Positions 10,701 to 18,315 of a stretch of DNA of 64,000 bases are shown here, one piece after another. The translations under genes and the position numbers were made by a program. A model generated the notes under the pieces. That model saw nothing but the letters and a program-made list of their open reading frames with translations, was not told where the DNA came from and did no database searches. The first letter of the stretch is position 1, and each line of letters begins with the position of its first letter. Origin of the DNA: Candidatus Latescibacterota bacterium. GTDB taxonomy: Bacteria; Latescibacterota; UBA2968; GCA-2709665. Location: NCBI GenBank assembly GCA_965237675.1, contig OZ250150.1, forward strand, positions 1,472,001 through 1,536,000, written 5' to 3'.

Positions 10701-10924
10701 CGGAAACGCCGATGTTGAAGCTGGAAGTCGTGCGTGACCTGTTCGATGGAAAGACCATTTCACACACGCGGGGGCAAACCGGACCTCGGTTGAAAACTGC
10801 GGAGAAGGGAAAGCTTATACTGGCCGATACCGCCGAGGCGGCGGCGTTTTCGGGAAAACCCTTCTACGTATACGACGTCGCGCCTGGAGATTCATGGCGG
10901 ATAGCGGATGTCTGGCACTGTTGA
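7736..10924 (+). CDS. Heparinase II/III-family polysaccharide lyase-like protein
   Basis: DGKFWYDSIAY, PMIGD, SGFCILR, HGHGHMDKL, DLGYP, HTASHFTAVIDG; GGAGGG RBS before ATG 7736. Confidence 0.8.
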   Translation: MVRMPVKGEVVEDETAFRTLCEGLHLREPLPDHEPDRYLRAAGFYENVIGAGKRQGRVGIYNREDLERARRNAERLAWARDMVDEIVRDADFWARFSDETLYAMVPTQNPLALTVAQYDGCPIHGGNRSTLEGDLLHPYQWRCNIGGEWWYEGIEVENPGTGERVRVVDDGPGWVAPEGFMNAGVTYYFTGAYRCYLLYRLFSNPYAPQTGAGHQGRPASQALALAYAFTGERKYARKAGILLNRLAQVYGRLRGIKEGYDAYDKSKDPIRGYVGEASGREQFFLNAVAVTYDLIFEAMRDDEEVAGFFQARGGEDFDGDGRVTTRDIIFNIHRNLFAYAYEFLDRTLPIAGGDFLTSSLYSLLKVGACLENGAMIRQALEAPTGLYNVMSNSFFRDGKFWYDSIAYSTGNIREAVDAAEWTLGFQDGEQFTSPMDLYHDPRFRLREMMEFARAVDCDGRVPMIGDTGGGRNRVLRTPYSLEDEIGYLRLPEARDLYARRILAGAGGDPDAARKDGDLFLLFHCEPWNGTVEAGDISPESDVLHDSGFCILRAGDQQSSRRHVVLNYGKGNHGHGHMDKLAVNLIAYGYDLSADLGYPPSWVAPKKAGWETHTASHFTAVIDGENQVFATGSLNLFVDGPWVRLADASGERAYPGLANGYRRAVALVPVDEQRAYVVDLFRISGGGEHDYGLHSWAGENAERFEIALAEGVALEAQRDGTLAGPDVPFGGAPGYGFVKDVARARTDGGLTATWRTEPAGAGIRLHMPGETGSTVMTGLAEGAGLQGHSPWDRYVIVRRTGGEGKENRFMGVLEPYSGTPYIDGVETLFVAGRKAGLRVAIGKRSHDIVYGVGGVVEGEVDGLPFRFEGDWAFVEREGDTIRKAQVVNGKQFRYGDVEMEGPGALAGRVDAVEIDDRRIVVTSPVPLPVDGSLTGRTIVLSHPDYICNSTYEITGVEAAGQGRYRIALEEMDFLLSEGRINSVEGASLLTETPMLKLEVVRDLFDGKTISHTRGQTGPRLKTAEKGKLILADTAEAAAFSGKPFYVYDVAPGDSWRIADVWHC

Positions 10925-10959
10925 AGTTTCTGAGGCGCAGGCAGGGAATCTGGGGAGAT

Positions 10960-11143
10960 GTCGTCGTTATGGGCGTTTTGAACCAGACGAGACCTACCCC
11001 CTATCCCCCTTCCTGAAGGAAGGGGGGAACTGTCATCGGTTGATCGCATCGCAATCGATGATAAAATCCACCTGGCATATTGTGACGGGTAAACGCTTGT
11101 CTCCCCCTTTCCTTTAGGAGAGGGGGCCGGGGGGAGAGGTCCC
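10960..11143 (+). repeat. ~183-bp REP-doublet element, copy 2
   Basis: Near-identical to 6911-7093. Confidence 0.9.
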
Positions 11144-11261
11144 CGTGGCCGTCGTGGATTGGCATCGCCAGGACGTATGGCAATCTGCTTTTTGCTTTTC
11201 GTTTCTAGCTGATAGCTGTGTTTCTGACTGCTGATAGCTGAATTAAAAAAAAGGATCCACG

Positions 11262-12320
11262 ATGAACACCATCGATTGTCGCAGGTTTCCTTCAGCTACC
11301 GAGGTGCATCTCTGCCGCGACTGCGGCTATTTTCCCGTTCTCATCCATGTGCGCGGCGAGGAAATCCTGGCCGCGGAACGCGCCGGAGCGGGTCACGTGG
11401 GTGTTAACGGACGCCTGGAGGCGGTTCGTTCGCCGGACGGCGGGCGGACGTGGGGGGCGCCGGTCGTTATTGTGGACACGCAGGTGGACGACCGGAATCC
11501 GGCCGTGGGCGTGGCCCCCGATGGGGCGGTTGTGCTGGCCTACCACGCCCAGGGATCCTATGGCGAAGACGGAAGCTGGATGCCGCAGTTGCGCCGTGTG
11601 CAGATGCGCCTGACCCGTTCCCGGGACGGAGGTCGAACGTGGGAGGACTCCGAACCCCTCGGCTTCAAGGAGATGGAAAAGCACTCCGCGTACGGCCGTA
11701 TTGTCACCCTTCCCGGAGGGACGATGCTGCTACCGCTTTACGGTTCCCATATCCATTCCGGGGACGAGACGGGCGATTGCGCGTATGTTCTGCGTTCGGA
11801 CGACAGCGGGCGGAACTGGGATCGTCCGTCGCTGATTGCCGAAGGGTACAACGAAACGGCCCTGCTCCTGACGTCCGGCGGTGTTCTGCTGGCAGCGATG
11901 CGTTCCGCTGACCGGGGGGGCTTGATCGCGGTGTGTCATTCCACGGACGGCGGGTACACATGGGACGCACCGTTGGAGGTGACCGGCGGACGGGAACACC
12001 CTGCCGACCTGACGTTGCTATCCAACGATTGGATTCTTATGGTGCATGGCGTGCGGCACGAACCTTTCGGCGTGCAGGCCCGCGTGAGCAAAGACGCGGG
12101 GCGGACCTGGAGCGGTCGGCTGATCGTGTGCGATGACCTGGGCGACAGCGATCTGGGGTACCCCTCTACCGTGAGGCTGGGGGAGCGGCTTGTGACGGCC
12201 TATTACAGCGCGCCCAAAGCGTGGAATGCGCCCGACTACGTGGGAAAGGGCGCCTTTGCTCGGTCGCTTCTCTATAGCGAGGTCGACCTGATCGATGCGT
12301 TAACCCGAGATTCCGCATAG
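11262..12320 (+). CDS. BNR/Asp-box (sialidase-like) protein
   Basis: Repeated S-x-D-x-G-x-T/N-W Asp boxes; DLGYPS. Confidence 0.88.
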   Translation: MNTIDCRRFPSATEVHLCRDCGYFPVLIHVRGEEILAAERAGAGHVGVNGRLEAVRSPDGGRTWGAPVVIVDTQVDDRNPAVGVAPDGAVVLAYHAQGSYGEDGSWMPQLRRVQMRLTRSRDGGRTWEDSEPLGFKEMEKHSAYGRIVTLPGGTMLLPLYGSHIHSGDETGDCAYVLRSDDSGRNWDRPSLIAEGYNETALLLTSGGVLLAAMRSADRGGLIAVCHSTDGGYTWDAPLEVTGGREHPADLTLLSNDWILMVHGVRHEPFGVQARVSKDAGRTWSGRLIVCDDLGDSDLGYPSTVRLGERLVTAYYSAPKAWNAPDYVGKGAFARSLLYSEVDLIDALTRDSA

Positions 12321-12333
12321 AAGGGAACTTCCG

Positions 12334-13593
12334 ATGAATTTTGGCCGCAAGGTCCAGGAAATCGATACCCTGGTTGAGAAGCACACGACATTTCGCGAAT
12401 GCAGTTTGAACCTTGTCGCGTCGGAGAACAGGCCCAGCCCGCTTGTCGAGCGATTGATCGTGGATGATCTGGACCACAGGTACGGGTCCTATTCCGGTAT
12501 CGATCCGCGAAACCGGGGGTATCCCGGGAATGCGTTCCTCATGCAGATCGAGGAGATGGCCCAGGACCTGGCGAAGCGGCTCTTCGGGGCGGCTTATGTC
12601 GACCTGCGACCGCTCTCGGGGAATATTGCAGGGATTATCGCCGTGTTTGGGCTGGGTCGTCCGGGAGATACGGCACTGGAGGTGCGTAACGGGCACATGT
12701 ATGCCGCCAAGCTGGCGAACTCGGACTTGAAAGTGAACCTGAAGTCGATTCCGATACCATGGGATTGGAAGAAGTACAATATAGATCTGGATCGGACGGT
12801 CTCGCTGATTCGCGAGCACCGTCCCGGACTGGTGATCGTCGGATCGGCGCTTTTCCTTTTTCCCCAGCCGGTACGGGAACTGAAAGACGCGATGAATCGG
12901 TACAGTCCCGGTTCGCACCTGATTTACGATGCGGCCCATGTGATGGGATTGATCGCTGGCGGGCGGTTTCAGTCTCCCCTTAAGGAAGGCGCCGATGTGA
13001 TCATTACGAGTACCCATAAGACGCTTGCCGGTCCGCAGGGGGGAATGATTCTGACCGACAACAAAGACGTTGCCGAGCGCATTGCAAAGGCAACCGTGCC
13101 GTTGATGATCGCCAACCATCACCTGAGCCGCCTGCCGTCGCTTGCGGGCACGTTCCTGGAGTGGATGGCGTGCGGGGAGGCGCATGCGGACGCAATAATC
13201 GGCAATGCCAGGGCGCTGGGCCGGGCGTTCGACGCACAGGGGGTGCCGGTTGTGGGGGCCGAACAGGGGTTCACCGAATCTCACACCGTGCTGCCGATTG
13301 TTGAAGCGTTCGGCGAGGCCGGTACGCTGGCCAGACAGTTGGAGGCGTGTCATATTCTCGTCAATGCGGCCGGCGTTCCGGAAGAACTGGGGACGCACGG
13401 CCTGCGCATCGGCGTGCAGGAGGTGACCCGATACGGCATGACGAAGGCGAACGCGCCTGAGATCGCCGGCTGTATTCTGGATGTGCTGAGCCAGCGGGAC
13501 CCGGCAGGCGCCAGGGAACGGGCGATATCGCTGGCCAGGCAGTTTAACCGGGTGCGTTTTACCCTGGCGGATACCAATTCGGCTGTAACGTGA
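12334..13593 (+). CDS. Divergent serine hydroxymethyltransferase-like PLP enzyme
   Basis: LVASEN, YDAAH, STHKTLAGPQGG (PLP lysine), GLRIG; several SHMT substrate motifs altered. Confidence 0.8.
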   Translation: MNFGRKVQEIDTLVEKHTTFRECSLNLVASENRPSPLVERLIVDDLDHRYGSYSGIDPRNRGYPGNAFLMQIEEMAQDLAKRLFGAAYVDLRPLSGNIAGIIAVFGLGRPGDTALEVRNGHMYAAKLANSDLKVNLKSIPIPWDWKKYNIDLDRTVSLIREHRPGLVIVGSALFLFPQPVRELKDAMNRYSPGSHLIYDAAHVMGLIAGGRFQSPLKEGADVIITSTHKTLAGPQGGMILTDNKDVAERIAKATVPLMIANHHLSRLPSLAGTFLEWMACGEAHADAIIGNARALGRAFDAQGVPVVGAEQGFTESHTVLPIVEAFGEAGTLARQLEACHILVNAAGVPEELGTHGLRIGVQEVTRYGMTKANAPEIAGCILDVLSQRDPAGARERAISLARQFNRVRFTLADTNSAVT

Positions 13594-13885
13594 TGGGCGA
13601 CATGTATTCAGGCACGGAATACCGGGTGAAGACCGCAACGCCGGCGATTTCGTTCGATCTTCATCCGCGCCCACGTTGAATTCGTAGGGGTAGCCCATGG
13701 GGTTGTCCACGTATTGGCGGGAACATCGCAGGTTGATTTCGCCGGTCCATATCGTAAACCGGTTTTAGCTGACGGCTGTAAGCTGAATGCTGATCGCTGA
13801 TTGTTGCGACCCATGGGGTTGTCCGCATGGCGACGCGGAACCGATCGACGTTTTGGACTGAGATTCTATACGTAAGGAGGATCCG

Positions 13886-14860
13886 ATGCCTTCAACGAAT
13901 ATTGTGGATCGACTCGAATGTGGCGCCACTCTGCTCCTGGACGGTGGAACAGGCTCCGAACTGCAGCGCAGAGGAATTGACGTGCTGAAAGGCGCCACGG
14001 CCGAGGGCGGGCTCGAGGCCTGGTCCGCCACGGCGAATATCGAAGTGCCCGAAGCGGTCAGGGAGGTCCACCGGGACTACCTGCGAGCGGGCGCCGATAT
14101 TATCATCAGCAACAACTTCTGGACGAGCCCGGCGCGAATGGCGCCGATTGGGCTGGGCGACCGATGGGAAGCATATGCCCGCGCAGCCGCGGAAAACGCG
14201 ATCGCGGCCCGCGACGCCGTAAACCCGGAGGCTTTCGTTGCGGGCGGCATCGCGCCTCCGTGTCTCCAGCGGCAGTCCGAGGGGAGAGAATCGGACGTCG
14301 CAACGATGGGAGAGAAAGCCTTTCGCAGGGAGCTTGGCGACCACGCGAAACTGCTGGCCGGGGTCGGCGTGGACGTGATCTGGGCGGAATACGTGGGGTA
14401 TATCGCGGACTGCGTGGCGGCCGTGGATGCGTGTGCGGAGGCGGGCTTGCCGGTGTTTCTGGGCGTGCGGCATATCCGGGAAGACGGAGGAATGCAATAC
14501 CACGAGCGGCTCGAAGCCCTGGCCGAGTCCCTGGAAGGCCACAGGGTCGACGGGGTTCTGATTATGTGCACGCCGCCGGAGGAAGTCTCGGCCGGACTAC
14601 CGCGCCTTCAGGACGCGTTCGACGGCCCGGTGGGCGCGTACCCCAACATCGGGTACCGTCCCCTGGCGCCGCTCGGATCCGCGGAAGGCGGAGAATCACC
14701 GGATGAGCCGGCCGAAATCTTGCAGCAGGGTGACAACACACCCGAGCGGCTGGGCGCGTTCGCACGGGAGTGGAAGGCGATGGGCGCGCGGATCATCGGC
14801 GGCTGCTGTGCGACGGGGCCGGAGCACATCCGGGCGATGCGACCGGCCGTAAAGGGATGA
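13886..14860 (+). CDS. Homocysteine S-methyltransferase family protein
   Basis: LLDGGTGSEL, HRDYLRAGADII, GAYPN, IIGGCC Zn ligands. Confidence 0.9.
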   Translation: MPSTNIVDRLECGATLLLDGGTGSELQRRGIDVLKGATAEGGLEAWSATANIEVPEAVREVHRDYLRAGADIIISNNFWTSPARMAPIGLGDRWEAYARAAAENAIAARDAVNPEAFVAGGIAPPCLQRQSEGRESDVATMGEKAFRRELGDHAKLLAGVGVDVIWAEYVGYIADCVAAVDACAEAGLPVFLGVRHIREDGGMQYHERLEALAESLEGHRVDGVLIMCTPPEEVSAGLPRLQDAFDGPVGAYPNIGYRPLAPLGSAEGGESPDEPAEILQQGDNTPERLGAFAREWKAMGARIIGGCCATGPEHIRAMRPAVKG

Positions 14861-14865
14861 GTTCA

Positions 14866-15557
14866 CTCGTGGCGCCGTCGCTGCTTTTGTAGGGGCAACC
14901 CTTGTGGTTGGCCACATAGTGGCGCGTATATCGCTGGTTAACCTCGACGGTCCGTATCGAAAACCGCTGTAGGCGGGGTTGCGGTGTGGTCTTCTCACCT
15001 CTCCCGTCTTACGTCTAACCGCCGTTAGCTGACTGCTGATTTTGCATTAAATTCTTTTTTTCTTCGTCCTTTTTCTTGTACGCCCAAGAAAAAGGACCAA
15101 AAAGAACGGCGCCGCTCAGACGCCGCGGGGGCTCCATTTTCCGCAAATCTCCCCTGCGGAGAACACATGAAACGCTGCCCTGCGACCGTTGATGGCGTTC
15201 CAAGGCCACGTTGAAGAACGGATCACCGCGGAAAATGGCCTCCCACCTCTCCGCCGGACTTGCGCCAGGTAGAACGTGAAGTATCGCCGCGTGGATTTAC
15301 GGTCGTACCGCCATCCGGTGTTGACTGACTGCAAATTGCTGATCGCTGCGTATTGCTACACCATGGAACGAGGGCTTCCAGCCCTCGTGGCGCCGTCGCT
15401 GCTTTTGTAGGGGCCACCCTTGTGGTTGGCCACATAGTGGCGCGTATATCGTTTGTTGACATCGCAGGTCCTTATTGCTAACCGCTGTAGGCGGGGTTGC
15501 GGTGTGGTCTTCTCACCTCTCCCCTCTTACGTCTAACCGCCGTTAGCTGATCGCTGC
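14866..15557 (+). repeat. Composite (BIME-like) repeat units 1 and 2 (~14866-15037, ~15333-15557)
   Basis: Shared GTAGGGGC[A/C]ACCCTTGTGGTTGGCC REP plus CCGCTGTAGGCGGGGTTGCGGTGTGG..CTTACGTCTAACCGCCG. Confidence 0.9.
15066..15257 (-). repeat. Divergent copy of the ~185-bp structured repeat
   Basis: Same terminal hairpin; stem CCATTTTCCGC (15134-15144) / GCGGAAAATGG (15228-15238). Confidence 0.75.
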
Positions 15558-15676
15558 CCGCTGAATATTGCAAAATAATATAAAATTTGTATATTTATTA
15601 TATTATAGAGATCGGGCTTTCGTTATTGAGTTCTTGGTAAACTTCCCGATAGAGGTAAAATGGACGGATGCCGTCT

Positions 15677-15946
15677 ATGGTGTTCGAATTCGACGCCCTG
15701 AAGAGCAAGAGAAATATGGAAAAACACGGCATCGATTTCATTGAAGCCCAACAGATCTGGGAGGACTCCGACTTGATTGAGATTCCGGCTCGGGCCGAAG
15801 ATGAACCCAGATTTCTGGTGATCGGCAAGTATAGGGGAATATACTGGTCGGGCATTGTCACGTATCGCGCGGAGAAGACCCGGATCATTTCTGTTCGCCA
15901 TTCCCGAAAGGAGGAGATCGAAATCTATGAAAGCGAAGGAACTTGA
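15677..15946 (+). CDS. brnT: BrnT-family toxin
   Basis: FEFDALKS..NMEKHGIDF.EA, EPRFLVIG, RIISVR. Confidence 0.88.
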   Translation: MVFEFDALKSKRNMEKHGIDFIEAQQIWEDSDLIEIPARAEDEPRFLVIGKYRGIYWSGIVTYRAEKTRIISVRHSRKEEIEIYESEGT

Positions 15947-16154
15947 CGAAAAATTCGACAGTGGAGAGGACGTCACCCAGTTCCTGGATCTCGCGGGGGC
16001 GAGAAGACCTGCTCAGGAACCGAAGCGGGTGAACGTCGATTTCCCGATCTGGATGGTTCATTCCCTGGATAAGGAAGCCAGGCGTCTGGGCGTAACGCGG
16101 CAATCGATCATCAAATTCTGGATCGCGGAAAAACTAAAGCTGGTGTCTTCCTGA
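15927..16154 (+). CDS. CopG/BrnA-type RHH antitoxin
   Basis: MKAKELDEKFDSGEDV..RVNVDFP.W..LD.EA.RLGVTRQSIIK; overlaps the toxin 3' end. Confidence 0.88.
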   Translation: MKAKELDEKFDSGEDVTQFLDLAGARRPAQEPKRVNVDFPIWMVHSLDKEARRLGVTRQSIIKFWIAEKLKLVSS

Positions 16155-16363
16155 AACGGGTGGGCGAGAGGAGGACCCGTGGAGCCGCAAGCCAATCCGC
16201 GCCGTTTGAGTTTGTAGGGGCAACCCTTGTGGTTGCCCGCGTGAGGGCGCAGACATCGCCGGTCCGCATCGCTAACCGGTATTCCCGCCGGAGGCAGGGA
16301 ATTTGTGGAGATGTGGATTTGGGATCTGGTTTTCGCCTTTTGCTTCAAGCTGTCTGCTGACCG

Positions 16364-16988
16364 CTAATTGCTGATCGCTGCTTTTGTAGGGCCAACCCTT
16401 GTGGTTGCCCACGTAGTGGCGCGGATATCGCTGGTTAACCTCGACGGTCCGTATCGAAAACCGCTGTAGGCGGGGTTGCGGTGTGGCCTTCTCACCTCTC
16501 CCCTCTTACGTCTAACCGCCGTTAGCTGACTGCTATCCGCTAATTGCTGATCGCTGCGTATTGCTACAGCATGGAACGAGGGCTTCCGGCCCTCGTCGCG
16601 CCGTCGCTGCATTTGTAGGGGCAACCCTTGTGGTTGGCCACATATTGGCGCGGATATCGCTAGTTAACCTCGACGGTCCGTATCGAAAACCGCTGTAGGC
16701 GGGGTTGCGGTGTGGTCTTCTCACCTCTCCCGTCTTACGTCTAACCGCCGTTTGCTGACTGCTGCCCACTGATCGCTGCGTATTGCTACACCATGGAACG
16801 AGGGCTTCCAGACCTCGTGGCGCCGTCGATGATTATTGTAGGGCCAACCCTTGTGGTTGGCCACATATTGGCGCGTATATCGCTGGTTAACCTCGACGGT
16901 CCGTATCGAAAACCGCTGTGGCGGGGTTGCGGTGTGGTCTTCTCACCTCTCCCGTCTTACGTCTAACCGCCGTTAGCTGATCGCTGCC
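16364..16988 (+). repeat. Three tandem composite repeat units (~170-225 bp)
   Basis: Units at ~16364, ~16540 and ~16768, near-identical to those at 14866 and 15333. Confidence 0.9.
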
Positions 16989-16990
16989 CA

Positions 16991-17030
16991 CAAAAAAGAG
17001 ACCGGCGAGGGTACCGCCGGTCTCTTTTTT
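16991..17030. terminator. Intrinsic, probably bidirectional terminator downstream of Hsp20
   Basis: AAAAAAAGAGACCGGCG-loop-CGCCGGTCTCTTTTTTT. Confidence 0.85.
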
Positions 17031-17051
17031 GTGGGCTTTGTGGGCGCATTG

Positions 17052-17486
17052 TTACGCGATCTCGATCGCCTTCGACGTGGTCGCCTTCAGCTTGGGGAGG
17101 GTCAGCGTGAGCACGCCGTTCTCAAATCCGGCCTTGATCTTCTCCGCGTTCACTTCGGCCGGAAGCGTGAACGACCGGGCAAAGCGTCCGTAGGTCCGCT
17201 CCGACACGTGGAACCGGTTCTCCTTCTCCTCGGCCACGTGGCTCTTCTCGCCCTGGATGGCCAGGACGTCGTTGTCCATGTTCACCTTGATGTCCTTCTT
17301 GGACAGGCCGGGAAGCTCAACGTGAACCAGCAGTTCCGTATCGGTCTCCTGCACGTCCGTCGCCGGACTCCACGTGGACAACACCGGGAGTTCGTGTTGC
17401 GGACCTCTCCAGAAGCTGTCGAAAAAACGATCGATCTCGGGCACGAGCCCAACGCGCCGCCGGGGTTGCCACCTTGTGAGTGTCAT
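17052..17486 (-). CDS. Hsp20/alpha-crystallin small heat-shock protein
   Basis: PATDVQET, ELPGL, ERTYGRFARSFTLP, FENGVLTLTLPK; AGGAGGT RBS. Confidence 0.93.
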   Translation of the reverse strand: MTLTRWQPRRRVGLVPEIDRFFDSFWRGPQHELPVLSTWSPATDVQETDTELLVHVELPGLSKKDIKVNMDNDVLAIQGEKSHVAEEKENRFHVSERTYGRFARSFTLPAEVNAEKIKAGFENGVLTLTLPKLKATTSKAIEIA

Positions 17487-17587
17487 GGTAATGACCTCCT
17501 GTTGAATGATGGGTTGTTGAAGGAATCTGTCGACTGCGTGTTCTCGAAAGCTGTTGGCCTGCTCTCGAGCACGCACCCATCTCAATT

Positions 17588-17604
17588 CGCAAGCGCTGTG
17601 CCAA
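17588..17604 (-). promoter_or_regulatory. Sigma54 (-24/-12) promoter of the Hsp20 gene
   Basis: TTGGCACAGCGCTTGCG matches TGGCAC-N5-TTGC. Confidence 0.8.
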
Positions 17605-18016
17605 CGGCGGCCTATTCGGTTCGTTCTATACTTATTTACTTATAAAATAACCATTTAGTAAGATATCCCAGTCATAAACCGGGACAGGTTCGTGGTTAAG
17701 GTCCGAAAATGGCCGCCCTAAATATGACAAAATGACATACACTGCGCCATAGTATGCAAAAATGGCATATATGATGTCGCGTACCGGGGCATATTGACAG
17801 AAACGCCGATATCCGGCCGGTAATGGATATTCGTGAACGATTCATTCCGGTTCCGCCGCATCAAAAAAAAAACCCGGACCCACGTGGGAATCCGGGGGCT
17901 CCGGAACCAATCATCCGGAGGGAGGATATGCGCCTTGTCTTGCAGGCGATTCGATACGCCCGACCCGAAGGAACAGGGACACAAAGCGTGTTACTACTTG
18001 TGTATTGCACAAGAGA

Positions 18017-18285
18017 TTATGGATGACCGTCATCCATAACTTCCTGCAAATCTGATGCAACGTCAACAAATAAGCGGGGCTGGCCGCTCTCTTGAATTTT
18101 CTCGAGCTTCGTTCGTTGCTCGATCTTGTAACGCAAACCAATATCCTGGCTCTCGAGGAAATTCCCCCACTCGACACTGTTTCTGAATTCTATAAACTGT
18201 TTCTCTGGTACATTGTAAATCAAAGCCTTCTTATTTTGCGTAAGCAGGCGGAAGAGATTGAGCATGGTTCCAACACTCTTTCCAT
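18017..18285 (-). pseudogene. 3' remnant of a gene truncated by the IS1595 element (possibly SLOG-like)
   Basis: Frame starts exactly at the TIR with ..GKSVGTMLNLFRLL.QNKKALIY, resembling WDGKS.GT motifs. Confidence 0.45.
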
Positions 18286-18315
18286 GGGAATTATATACCA
18301 AAGTAAACACCGGAT

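Noticed and set aside
12334-13593. Assigning the symbol glyA
   Set aside because: Serine- and folate-binding motifs are altered, so orthology is uncertain
13594-13885. SAM or cobalamin riboswitch upstream of the homocysteine methyltransferase
   Set aside because: Sequence is explained by degenerate REP and heptamer repeats; no riboswitch consensus recognised
14866-16988. CRISPR array
   Set aside because: Units are 170-225 bp and near-identical throughout, with no unique spacers and no cas genes in the window
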